Of a stretch of DNA of 64,000 bases, positions 27,621 through 40,109 are shown one piece after another. The notes under the pieces are model-generated. The model searched no databases and had not been told where the DNA came from. It saw nothing but the letters and a program-made list of their open reading frames with translations. The stretch spans positions 102,796,001 through 102,860,000 of the forward strand of contig OX597820.1 in the NCBI GenBank assembly GCA_951406725.2, given 5' to 3'. Position numbers and translations under genes: made by a program. This stretch comes from Octopus vulgaris (taxonomy: Eukaryota). How positions within the stretch are numbered: position 1 is the stretch's first letter; every line of letters starts with the position of its first letter.

Positions 27621-27863
27621 AGTGTGCATGTATATATCTCTAACCCACAAGAATAAACATGAGAGACAGAGACAGGCAGAAACAAGGAAAATGCCACTTG
27701 TATTCGAACACTGCAAATATTCTTTTAAAAAATCTTTTTTTTTTCATTTTTCCAAAATTGAATTGCTTTCCATACTTACAGTTGAAAAACTCTCAATGTC
27801 TGAAACCGGTACTGAAATTTATTTTACAAAATTATTTTAGCAATTTCTAACTATATATATATA

Positions 27864-28072
27864 CTTTATTTAAAAGCAGCAGAAAATTCAACAAAACCTG
27901 TTACTCTGAGTTTCACGTTCCCGTTCGTCGGACAGTTGACGAACGGGGACGTGAAACACAGAGTAACAGGTTTTGTTGAATTTTCTGCTGATTTTAAATA
28001 AAGCATATCACTCTACCACTGGTATTTGAGTACTCTTTTTTCCACCTTGTTTCACATTTATGTGTTTACTCC

Positions 28073-28074
<2 letters not shown>
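27864..28074. mobile_element. Fold-back PLE-derived mini-element with 66-bp arms and a hammerhead-like motif
   Basis: Arms 27864-27929 and 27938-28003; minus strand ctgt-CCGACGA-acg ggaa cgt-GAAA-ctcagag-TA-acag at 27898-27935; (TA)n on both sides. Confidence 0.8.
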
Positions 28075-28122
<48 letters not shown>

Positions 28123-28123
28123 A

Positions 28124-29286
28124 ACAAGATTGGACAAAATAAGGGAAACATTACTTTTCACTTAAGCATTTTTTCGTTCAGAACTGTTCTAGTCTGCATA
28201 TAGGCATTCATATTCATCAATAAGACTTGCTCTTCAGGATATAGCGACCTGTTTTCTTGGTTTGTTTGTAGATTCACATTGAAGGTAAAATGCGTAACCT
28301 ATCTGATTTCCCAAAAGAACAAATTTGGGGGCATGTATGACTAGAACACTTGTCACTAGAATTGTTGAATTGTTTAATGTTTCGAGAGGCACCGTTTCTA
28401 AACGCATGTTAGCATTCTAAACCCAAGATAGAGACAGCTTTGTCAAGCATTATTCTGGACGGAAGCCAAAACTTATGGAGAAGGACTGCAAAATAAGGAA
28501 ACGTATTGTAAAAACAGTAACAAATGTGTCGGCTAAACCACCACATTACCAACTCTGTGTCATCTAAAACGCCTCGAACTCCATAAAGCTGGATACCATG
28601 AGAGAGCTGCAATTGCTAAACTTCTCCATTCCCCATAAATATTTATATGTATAAAACTAGTGTATTGTTTATCAGAAGTGGTCAACAGTTCAAAGGAACA
28701 CTTCCCTCTCTCATGAACCCTCATTTACTGTTTTTCTCACTTCAAGGTGAGTTTGCATCTGGAGCGTGGCCAAAAAATTAACCCTACCATGAAACATGGA
28801 AGTAGATCTTAGAGGATTCGGACAGCCATATCACGAAATTCCTATGACCCTTTAGCTTTTACAGTTCGGAGTTATCACCAAGGATTATCTAAGTATTTTG
28901 GCTGCTCATGTGCCCGCTATTTCACAAACTTTGCTCCTTGAGGGTACCGCAAATTTCCAGGACGATAATTCACATACCTATTGCTACTAAAAATTGACGA
29001 CGAGCACAAGAGTGTAGTAGAGCACCTGGATTAGCTCTCAAAATCATCACTGGATTTCAAAATAACCAAATATTTATGGTGCTTTAGGAGCAACAAGTAA
29101 GGAACATCTTTTCTGAGCTATCGTCACTGAAAGAGCTAAGGTAGATTTTACTTGAAGAATTTCCTTAACAGCCATTCAGAATCTATTGAGATAATAGTTA
29201 TAACTGATGCCAATTTTGGACCAACTTTATATTAAATAATAAAACTTCTATCAATAAGGTGTTTCCACTATTTTGTTCAGCTTCTG
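28124..29286 (+). mobile_element. Degraded Tc1-like transposon
   Basis: TIR-like ends ggacaaaataagggaaaca and tgtttccactattttgttc; transposase remnant MRNLSDFPKEQI...TRIVELFNVSRGTVSK from 28290 and FQDDN near 28955. Confidence 0.85.
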
Positions 29287-30702
29287 TATATGCATAAAAG
29301 TCAGCCTTTTCAATATAGTGAAATGTATTCAATATCAACACTTTATGCCTACACAATCACTCACCACATATTTTAGCTCTTTATTGCCCTCTGTAAAGGA
29401 ATAAATTTGGCCAAATCAGGCCGAGAGTAACTGAGAAAGGTATAATTTACTTGGGAAAACGATATATCTGCAACACGTAATTGTTTCAGAATTATTTGAG
29501 ACCTAAGATAATTGATGTAATAAATGTAGATTGCGTGTATTCTTAGAAACATCTTGCAGTGTACTTAAAACTCAATTCTTGTCACACACCGGAACAATCA
29601 GCACCATACTCCCACTAAGATTCTGGTCTTTTCCATTTAAACTTACTCAAATCATATTATCTGTTTGAGGCACTATTTCGACGATAACTCTTTTATCATC
29701 GTCTTTGTGTCAGAAGATACTTTAAACTACTATCAATTATAATAGCAAACAATGAAGGAGAGTGAGATTATGAAATATTTGTTATATCATTTCTAAGTTA
29801 ATTCAACGTATTTCCTTGAACAAAGAGCAAATAAATTCTTCAGTTTAAACAAAGCAGTGTAACGGATACAAAATGTAATAACATTGGAAGAAACTTGTTT
29901 ATTTGAATTCCATTATTGTTCTCAAGTAGAAAAGTTAATTCTTTCACAAATCAGAGTTTCCAACTGAAATAGAAACACAGCGTGAGAATGACGCGAGTTT
30001 AATACTATGTATCCCTATGTCACTGTACACTGAGGAAGTCTGTATGCTTAAATTATCTGCCTAGAAAAGAAACGAAAAAATACAAGTTAAAACATTGTTG
30101 TATTCATTTCATTACTAGTATAGCTATGAGCTATATATAGTAGAGATACTATAAGTATTATTAGCTATAGGCAATAGAAGCACAATTAGCAATGGAAATA
30201 CTCCGCAATGAATCAAATTGTATAAGATAATCCTTTAATTTCTGTCTTCACTGTTCACTATTAAAGGTGTATGATTTCCGACATGTGGTGAAGAGCATAT
30301 GGCTGGCATTGTACACAAGTTGATTTAGATTTCAGACGGAAACATTTCACTTTCATTCTCCATACATCATTCTGCATTTCCAAAGGTGGTTAAATTGTCG
30401 GCTAAATAAATACCAAAGCTCGCTTGCTTCTTCAAATACACTGCGATGAGTTTGATCTGTTTATTACCCAACGATGAATCTTTTCCTCGTTACAAAAATT
30501 CTCATTATTTAAGTTTCATTAGTATCAATTAAGAGGTGAATTGTCAAGTTACCTAAGCTACAGATAGATTATTTTCCAAGGTTCATTCCGGATCACAGCC
30601 CATAGAGTTCAAATTCCAACTGAGGTCACATCTTCATCTGTTCGGGGTCGATAAATATATAAGCAGTCTAGTATTGATGTTGATTCTGATTTCTCTCCCC
30701 CC

Positions 30703-30723
30703 CTCTGTCTGTCTGTCTGTCAG

Positions 30724-30784
<61 letters not shown>

Positions 30785-30812
30785 GAGCTATCCATCTATC
30801 TATCTATCTATC

Positions 30813-30843
<31 letters not shown>

Positions 30844-30878
30844 CTATCTATCCATCGAGCTATCCATCCATCCATCTG

Positions 30879-30927
<49 letters not shown>

Positions 30928-30935
30928 TTATCTAT
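30703..30935. repeat. (TCTG)n(TCTA)n tetranucleotide microsatellite
   Basis: Direct repeat. Confidence 0.95.
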
Positions 30936-31127
30936 CAGCAATGTAACTACACATGTGATCTTGTTGACTTTTTTCCTTCTTTGGACTTTGTGCTTTCCAC
31001 TTTTTCCTTTTTTTTTTACTGAGCGTCTAATTATCATAATACATTCCATGTGCACGTCCTATTGTTGTTTGTCATTGTTATTTGTAATGTTCGTTTATTC
31101 TATATATATAGATAGATTATGCTATAT

Positions 31128-31221
<94 letters not shown>

Positions 31222-31709
31222 TGTTATAACAAAAACCACATAGAGCTGCTGAGTATTACCTTGTCAAATCATTTATTTCACCATTTTTCAGGCTGAGAAC
31301 AAGGCCGTTTCCCAGTTGCTCCTTCAGCAGATGATGTTGAAGGAAGAGATACTGATAAGAAAGTAGACAAGAAGAAAAAAAAAACAAGCGGAATTTTAAA
31401 ATAGATCACTAAAAACATAGCAAACCATTAACATCTTATTTGCGACCGTTTGACATCGATTTATTGCGACGTAGGTTATCTCCCTTTTCTTCTTGAATTC
31501 TTCCACATCCGCGTCTCTTGTTTAAACGTCATATGCTCAACAGTCGACTTACAAAAGATCTTGTTCTCAGGCTTGAAAAATATCGAAATGAATTAATATT
31601 TTGACAACGAAATCTTGCCTAGCTGTATTTAATAAGGCTTTTTTTTATTATTATAACAGTAATTTAATACTCTTAGCTGATCGAGTGCTAATTCTACTTG
31701 TTGAAGCCT

Positions 31710-31785
<76 letters not shown>

Positions 31786-32468
31786 TACCAGGTTTATATA
31801 GCCAAGACAAACTGAGGTTCTCTTCGATGCCTTTACTAGACTGTCAGGACTTGAGAGCCAAAGGCAAGCGGCAGCCATCTCTGTATCGGCGATATTAATG
31901 CTATCATTGTTTCGCTAGAAGTAACAGTTTGGAGGAATATAAAGCTTATGTGGCGTACACAAATACTTAAATTTATATCCAGCTGTGAATGGCGGATGCA
32001 TAGTGTACTATTCACTTTGAATGTCGCGTGCATTCCGCTTCTATCCAATAGCTGAGCTTAGCAATTTAATATTTTGTAGTTATTGATTTTCTCCGACTTA
32101 ACGAGATTCATCGAGAATGACGTCATTCATAGATTAACAACGACACTTTACGTTATACTATGCATTTAGATTCTTGTCTCCGTTTAATGAATTTCAAACT
32201 GCGATAATCAACTTTTAATGAAGTTGATTAATTTTCCATCAGAAGCATTGACAATACAATCAACTATTGTTCTGCTTTATATTTTAACTTTGTTACCACA
32301 GTTTACCTACATACATTTATGTATGTATGTATGTATGTATGTATGTATGTATGTATGTATGTATGTATGCATGCATGCATGTATGTGTGTGTCTATGTAT
32401 GAATATACAGACAAATATACATTCATACATACACAAACGTATATATTCATATGTATGATTACATAAGC

Positions 32469-32505
<37 letters not shown>

Positions 32506-33005
32506 GTATGTATGTATATATATATGTGTGTGTGTGCGTGTATATATATATATACGTATGTATGCATGTATATGTATATGTATATGTGTATGCGTATGTC
32601 TGTATATATATATATGAAGATGAGAATGTGTGTCTATCTGTCTGTGTGTCTGTGTGAATCCCTAAAACTTGAGAACTACACAACCAATTTCGTTCAAATA
32701 TTACACCTGCCTTACTTTTTTACTTCTTGCCTTGTGCGAGCCCAGAGCAGTATCATATCTTCTCCACTATTTCAGTATTACGTGTCAAAAGTGAAACAAT
32801 AACATCTCTCTATAGTAATGTCAGATATTTTCACTTCAATAGTTTCACTTTAATACTGAAACTATTGAAATAAAACTATTATCTCACATATATACAGGCA
32901 TATATACATATATAAATACATATATATATATATATATAATATATATAACGTATATATATATAGATGAATATCTTACATATATAGACATAGATGTATATAT
33001 ATGTA

Positions 33006-33081
<76 letters not shown>

Positions 33082-33198
33082 TGTACATGTAATATGTACA
33101 CATATATATATACACATATATACATGCATATATATATATGCATGTATACACCCACACACACACACATGCACACATACACGCACACACACACACATATA

Positions 33199-33615
33199 CA
33201 GGTGTGGCTGTGTAGCAAGAAACTTGGTTCCAAAACACATGGTCCTGGGCTCAGTCCCACTGTGTGTTAACTTGGCATCTCTCTTCTTCTATAACCTCAG
33301 ACCAACCAAAGCCTTGTCAATGGATTTTGTAAACAGAAACTGAAAGAACTCAATCGTATATATATGAATATATGTAAGAGTATGTGTGTCTTTGTCTCTG
33401 TGTTTCTCCCACATCAATGCTTCACAACTGGTGTTCGTTTATTTACATCTCCATAACATACTGGTTTGACAAGAAGGACCTGATCATCCTGTATCTTTCA
33501 TTATCCATCTTTTACTTGTTTCAGTCATTGCAGTACGGCTTTGTCTTGGGACGGTTAGTCGAACAAATAGACCCCGGGACATTTTTGTGTTTTTTAAAAC
33601 CTGGTATTTTTTGTT
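33199..33615. mobile_element. Two tRNA-derived SINE fragments, plus strand 33199-33480 and minus strand 33505-33615
   Basis: caggtgtggctgtgtagcaagaa...cacatggtcctgggctcagtcccactg head; ttttacttgtttcagtcatt...tagtcgaacaaatagaccccgggac tail. Confidence 0.8.
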
Positions 33616-33757
33616 AATTTGATGCGGCGTAACATATGTGAAAGAAAATTGGTATTAGTGGTCGATGTCATGTACGACCAATGATGTTTACACTAGTAGA
33701 GCGGCTTTTAATTCGTAATTTAATACATGTGTGTATGTATATATATGTATATATATG

Positions 33758-33795
<38 letters not shown>

Positions 33796-33833
33796 TGTAT
33801 GTATATATGTATATATATATATATGTGTGTGTG

Positions 33834-33888
<55 letters not shown>

Positions 33889-33890
<2 letters not shown>

Positions 33891-34204
33891 CAATTGCAGC
33901 GTGGAAGGTGTTTATAAGCCATTTAAGAAACACACAAAAGACGTTCGATTCACTTCAACATTTAAGTTTAATTTGTCAAAATATTTTCGTCGCTAAAATC
34001 CGCGACCTGTTCACTGACAAAAATCAGTGAACAGGTCGCGGATTTTAGCGACGAAAATATTTTGACAAATTAAACTTAAATGTTGAAGTGAATCGAACGT
34101 CTTTTGTGTGTTTCTTAAATGGCTTATAAACACCTTCCACGCTGCAATTGTTTTCGTTTCAGCACACGATCTCAGGTCAAATTACTTGCTATGCGAGTAC
34201 ATCT

Positions 34205-34207
<3 letters not shown>
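33889..34207. mobile_element. Fold-back mini-element with 129-bp arms and a hammerhead-like motif
   Basis: Arms 33889-34017 and 34024-34152 with spacer caaaaa and a unique extension of about 55 bp; (TA)n on both sides. Confidence 0.85.
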
Positions 34208-34270
<63 letters not shown>

Positions 34271-34272
<2 letters not shown>

Positions 34273-34590
34273 ATAAGAACGATAAGATAACAAAAGAAAG
34301 AGACCTCGATATTATGTAAATAGAGAATTTATCTGTAAATGTAATATGCGACAATTATTCGGTAGCCAAGATAAAACTCCGAGTTTCGGATGCCGAGGTG
34401 GAAATCCACGCCACCATCGCTTCAGTTATCCAGCCATCGGAAAAACACTATGAAAAAAGACCGTTATACAAAGGGAAATTACTGTGTTATTGACCGCTAT
34501 TAAGACAAAAGAGCTATTCGAATGACCGCTAAGTAAGGTAAGGGGGTAAAATGTTCATAGTATTCACGTAAGCGCGCCTGTTCATACCTA
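34271..34590 (-). mobile_element. PLE-derived element with a hammerhead-like motif (34370-34430)
   Basis: Minus strand gataa-CTGAAGC-gatg...catc-cGAAA-ctcggag-TT-ttatc; 3' end runs into (TA)n. Confidence 0.7.
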
Positions 34591-34614
34591 CACATGTGGA
34601 TGAATGTATGCGTA

Positions 34615-35320
34615 CGCTGGAAAACGACAGTTGGTTGAAAGTCATCCAGTTGTGGTGCCACATATTCAGTAAAAAGGTCATGGTAAACATTTGCGGAAAT
34701 TGATCTCTCTGTGAAGAAAAATGGATTCAATTGCACATCATCATACACCAGACACTCACATTCGAACTATCTCAATGAAGTTCCCTAGTCACGTGGGAGT
34801 GTTCTGATCCCCAGATCCTCACATTATGTGTGTTCAGTTTCCTTGAAACATGAAAGGTTGCCTCATCACTAAAACAAACTCGGGTGAGGAACTCTGCATC
34901 CTCAGAAATTTGTTCCAGCATATTACCTGCAAACTCTTTTTGCTTTGGCTTATCATTTGATTCGTGTGCCTGTAAGAGTTGCACTTAGTAAGCGTACAAT
35001 CACAATTTCTGTAGGACTTTGTGCACTGTCGAACGTGGTAGCTGTAATTGTCTGGCAGCAGTACGTATGGACTTTGTAGGAGAATTATCAAAGGCTTGTC
35101 TTACACGATCGATGTTTTCCTCAGATAATTCTGACCCACCACTCCTCCCTTTATTCAACACTGTTCCTGTTTCCAAGCATTCCTTGTGCCATGCACGTCT
35201 TGACGGACGTGACGGCGGATGTCTTCCATAATTAATCCTGTAGTTTCGCTGTGACTGCGTATCCGATTTTGTTTCAGCAAACCACGATACACATTGTGTC
35301 TTTTCTTGATGAAGAGCCAC
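34615..35320 (-). pseudogene. Tc1/mariner transposase pseudogene
   Basis: QEKTQCVSWFAETKS...SPTKSIRTAARQLQLPRSTVHKVL...VCFSDEATFHVS...NTHNVRIWGSE...PFFF...VVFQ; has stops and ends just before the second catalytic Asp. Confidence 0.9.
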
Positions 35321-35423
35321 TTTTTTAGGGTTTCATTTAACAAACCCTTTTCCATTAACAAGGTACCTGAAAAACACAAATAACAATGTGGTTAAAAACT
35401 TTAATAACTACTGCGTACATAGA

Positions 35424-35834
35424 CAGTGCTGGATCAACCATAAAGCAAAATAAGAACGTGCTTAGGGCATCAAGGGAAAGAGTACTACAGAAATGGCAAA
35501 TGATTTGTAGCTCAAAAGAAATCACTTTAAACTTGCTAAGATAATATTCAAAGTCGTTTATATGATTGACAATATAATTTCGAAGTGTTCATGGTAGCAT
35601 AGTCAGGATCTGATCAAAGACGGTGTTGTTAAATCAGAGAAAACTTATGAAATATAAATAAACTTGGTCTTACATAAAAAAGTATTAACTTTCCATCTTA
35701 CTGTTAGTTCTATTTCATTTTGAAAAATATGAATTTATTTTGTGGTATTATTGTTTATATTTTGAATTACATATATATGGGGCACAAAATCTTTTAAGTG
35801 CTTGGGGGCCTCTCTGGGTCTTAATCCGGTCCTG
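35424..35834. mobile_element. hAT-type MITE nested in the Tc1/mariner element
   Basis: Imperfect TIRs cagtgctggatcaa and ttaatccggtcctg; 8-bp TSD tacataga (35416) and tacatagg (35835). Confidence 0.8.
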
Positions 35835-36556
35835 TACATAGGAAAAGTCTGATACAGATATCCCATCAATTAATTGCCTTTGTAATAAATTTTTGAAATT
35901 GTAAAGTGACCTTATGGAACTGTGTATTTCTCTCTAATATATACTATAGCTTCGCAGATTAGAATCTATATCGATGTTGATACGACTAATATAATTTGTT
36001 GAAAGAATAAATTACGAATTACACAGATTTAGCTAAGATTCTAAATACCTGGGCTTTATCACTTTTATAGTAGTTAAATAGCGAATTACAAACCAAATTA
36101 TAACAGGAAATTTGTTTTCAATTCACCTCGATAGCGAAGTTTAAGACTGAGGCAAAAGAAAGCATATAACTCAACAGATGGGCATGATAATTTGTTATAT
36201 CTGTCTTTAATTATTATACAGAATTGTAAATATACTCCAAATTCAACAGTTTAATTGCAATCATACATCAGACATTTTATAGCATCGAGGTTAAAATGAC
36301 ATAAACTTCAAAGAAAAATAAATATTCTTACAGCAATTTGTAGTTAACCACCGATGATTTCCTTAAAAAGAAACTATGGTGGGAGTCAATATTTCTTATT
36401 TAGAAGTTGGAGATCTATCTCTTATTGGTTTCAAATTTTGACACAAGGGTAGATCTAACTCTTAAATTGTATTGCAAATATTACTAAATAAATATGTCTT
36501 ATCATCATTAAATACTGAGTGAAGTGTTTAGATTTTTGCACTTAATAAAGTGGGGG

Positions 36557-36770
36557 AAGGCAGCGAGCTGGCAGAATCGTTAGCACACCATACAAAATAC
36601 TTAGTGGCGTTTTGTCCGTCTTCGCATCCTGGGTTCAGGTTCCGCCGAGGTCGATCTGCCTTTCATCCTTTCTGGGTCGATAAAGTAAGTCCCAGTTGAG
36701 TACTGGTGTCGATGTAATCGACTTATCCTCTTCCAGCAAATTTCAAGCCTTGTGCCAAAATTTGACACCA
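36557..36770 (+). mobile_element. tRNA-derived SINE
   Basis: ggcagcgagctggcagaatcgttagca (A box), gggttcaggttccgcc (B box), then the body gcctttcatcctttc.ggggtcgataaa. Confidence 0.88.
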
Positions 36771-37050
36771 GTATTGTACTACATTATACAACCACATAGT
36801 ACATTTATTATGCCACTATATTTTATAACCCTAAAGTATCTTCATTCTAGAATATTATTCAAGGACATAAGTTGATCTGTTACCAGATCACATGCCCTTC
36901 TTCTTAAGCAACAAGGAAAATACTTCTCTCACCTTCTTTCTGTCTTTCTCTCAACCTTTCTGACTCTTTCACTCTCTCCCATTCTCACTCGATCGTTTCG
37001 GCTGCACGCCAAAATAACTCCATTAGAAATCCTACAGTTATATGTATGTG

Positions 37051-37123
<73 letters not shown>

Positions 37124-37195
37124 TATGTGTGTGTGTGTGTGTGTACACATATACATACATACATTCATATATGCATGTATATATATGTACGTATG

Positions 37196-37257
<62 letters not shown>

Positions 37258-37393
37258 AGCATACCTATAGGCAGACACACATATATATAGCTAGTACGAA
37301 TACAGTATCCTCTTAAATGAAATATACCATCATACCTACCTACATACATAAATAATACATAATACATATATACATATATATATACATACATGC

Positions 37394-37443
<50 letters not shown>

Positions 37444-38089
37444 TTTAAGAGGACTTGTATTCGTATTAGCTTTAACAGAAATTCTGCGTTCGCAATCGAA
37501 AGACAAGTTTCAGCAGTTTCTGCTTTTGCACAACCTTCAACAAAACTGTGTTAGAGATAAACAAATACATTCTACACTCGCTAACTGAGAGAATGTTAAC
37601 ATCTCAGCATCAGTGCTGAGATGTTAACATTGTATTCTTTATGAATACAAACTATTGCTGCAATTTCTAACATTCTGAATATATTTACAAAATTTCTGGT
37701 TTTCCAAAATTCTATTGATATCTTCCTGTTCTGCATAATTAAGTGTTATTTGACTGCCAGTTTAAATGTTTATATTGTTTACATTCTGTACGATATTCTC
37801 CTGCATTTAATGTTACTCTGCCATTTTTTAATGCATACATCTTTCATATACTTTTCACATCCTTTACATTCGCCTTTTTTCCTATTGTTTATTCCCGATA
37901 GAACAATGTTGAAACATCTTGCAATATTGGCGTAAGCACTAAAACGCATTCAAATATAAATATACTGATAGCATTATACTCAATATTATATTACGTCGCT
38001 ATTATAATACCGTATACTGCCGTCGGTGATCATGAATATCTATTCCTGTCTCACACACAATTTAGCAATCTATTGTATCTATCTGTCTG

Positions 38090-38360
38090 TAACCAGCTGA
38101 GAGGCCATAGAGAATTTTCTTCTGCTTTCTTCCCAAGGTTCTTTTCTTTTCCGCTTCCCATTAATTTCAAAGAGTTCAATATTTTGTCTTTTCATTTGTC
38201 ATCCAAATGATCTTAACGCGTTTCCTCCTGATATTGCTAAAATTCTTTACATGGTTCCTACTCAGTTAATCACGCCAATGCATATTATCTGTGTTGGATA
38301 TCTGTATAATGCAATTTAGGAACCACAGCTCTAAAGCGTTGATAACCATCTGTGCCTTTT
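38090..38360 (-). mobile_element. RTE-clade LINE C-terminal remnant
   Basis: INALELWFL..IIQIS and KRTLGRKQKKILYGL resemble RTE INAFEMW.YRRIL.ISW and KR.RGR.R..YLDGL. Confidence 0.6.
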
Positions 38361-38507
38361 AATTGACGACACTTATTTGTAATGTTGACTTCTATGCGAG
38401 CTCTAGTGACATTTTTTTGTCATTTTTAATGGTAGCTGCTTATACAGAAACTATCTACCTTTCTTTAAAATGGCACTTCAATGTTTCAATATTTTATCCT
38501 CTGTGTG

Positions 38508-38708
38508 GTGGAATAAATAGAAAGACGGCCAAAATGCTTAGCAGCATTTCGTCCGTCTTCACGTTCTGAGTTCAAATTCCGCCGAAGTCAACTTTACTTT
38601 CTTTCTTTCGGAGGTCGTTAAAATAAGTACCAGTTGAGTACTGGGGCCGATGCAATGGACTTACTCCTCCTTCCAAATTGCTGGTGTTGTACCAAAATTT
38701 GAAACTAA
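38508..38708 (+). mobile_element. tRNA-derived SINE
   Basis: aaatgcttagcagcatttcgtccgtcttcacgttctgagttcaaattccgcc...aaataagtaccagttgagtactgggg; same family as 36557. Confidence 0.85.
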
Positions 38709-39286
38709 TTTTCTTGTTTCTATTTTTAATTCAGATTTATAAGAAAAAAAATTGACAGTTTGTTCTAAAAAATGTGAACTACATTTTAAATTTTGGAAAT
38801 GAGACCTCAGGTTGTACTGTGAAAACTCAAATCACAAAATTCATGTTAAGTAGTTTACAATCGATCCTTACGTCTAATCACAGTTTACTAAATATCCCAA
38901 TTGTTCTAATACCAAGTCGTTGCACTTACATTTAATTGTGACAATGCTCCAGTATAATGACAGCTTACTTGTTACAACCCGTTAGCGTAATGTTATTAAT
39001 CTGATACTCTGCTTCTTGAAATTTATACTAATAACTGAGTTTCAGGCCACATTGATTTTTGATTCAATATCTCTTTCATTTGCGCGTACGTATTTCTATT
39101 TTCATATAATTTGAACTCCCTTGGGACTACTGTATATTAATAGTAGGTTGACAGCACTTCTACGTATAATAACCGATTGAAGTCCATAACCGGAAAGGAT
39201 GAGCTGTTCCTCAGAATTGACTTGCTTTCGACACACCAAATAAAGACGGTATATCTGTAGTGACATATAATCCTTTGAGCAATTAT

Positions 39287-39340
<54 letters not shown>

Positions 39341-39376
39341 CTAGTAGTAGTAGTAGTGGTGGTGGTGATGGTGGTG

Positions 39377-39427
<51 letters not shown>
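39287..39427. repeat. (TAG)n microsatellite with GGT/CAG interruptions
   Basis: Direct repeat. Confidence 0.95.
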
Positions 39428-40051
39428 TGGGGCATGCGCTGTAACAAAGCGTTGCCACATCCACCATTTGTTGGCGATTCCTTGCTCCTTTGCATTACTC
39501 AGGCGACAACCTTCCGGCCAATGGGTCTGTTTGAGTAGTCGTTTGAGAGTTTTATGAGGTCGGAGTGCAATTCCTATCTCAATGTCTTTTAGTCACCTTT
39601 TACGACACGTAGAAGAAAATTTTGGCCCAGTCTTTGACATGCCGATCCCCACGTAGTACGATTAAGAAGCATTTTTATTTTGAATCTAAGTTTTAACTGA
39701 TAGTTAAAAGAAATGAAGCTCCACTCAAGTGATACAACAATACATTTTCAATTTCATTTTAAAGATCATGTCTCAGTTATGAATCTTACAAGAACCAGTT
39801 TTCTGAGTCGTCAATATGAAGAGCATTTGCATTTAATGAAAGAAAACATATATGATATATGATATATGATATTTTACTTCCCTATTACCCAAGTGACAAT
39901 TCCACTCGATCTCTTTTCCTCACTGTTTGACAAACGGTAATCGAACTTATCCAACTTCTTACTATTTCTAACATTGGATTTATTGGATTTTTTTAAACGC
40001 TCCTCTGCATATATCAAATTACTTCTGGAAATTTCTCGATGAATTCGCCAT

Positions 40052-40098
<47 letters not shown>

Positions 40099-40109
<11 letters not shown>

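Larger units (their letters stand above)
34612..35924 (-). mobile_element. 3'-truncated Tc1/mariner-superfamily transposon (DUF4817-type N-terminus, possibly DD41D/rosa group)
   Basis: 5' TIR-like end cacagttccataaggtcactttacaatttcaaaaa next to TA at 35925; transposase remnant inside. Confidence 0.8.

Noticed and set aside
39102-39538. Poly-Leu, poly-Val and poly-Thr ORFs
   Set aside because: Products of the (TAG)n microsatellite.
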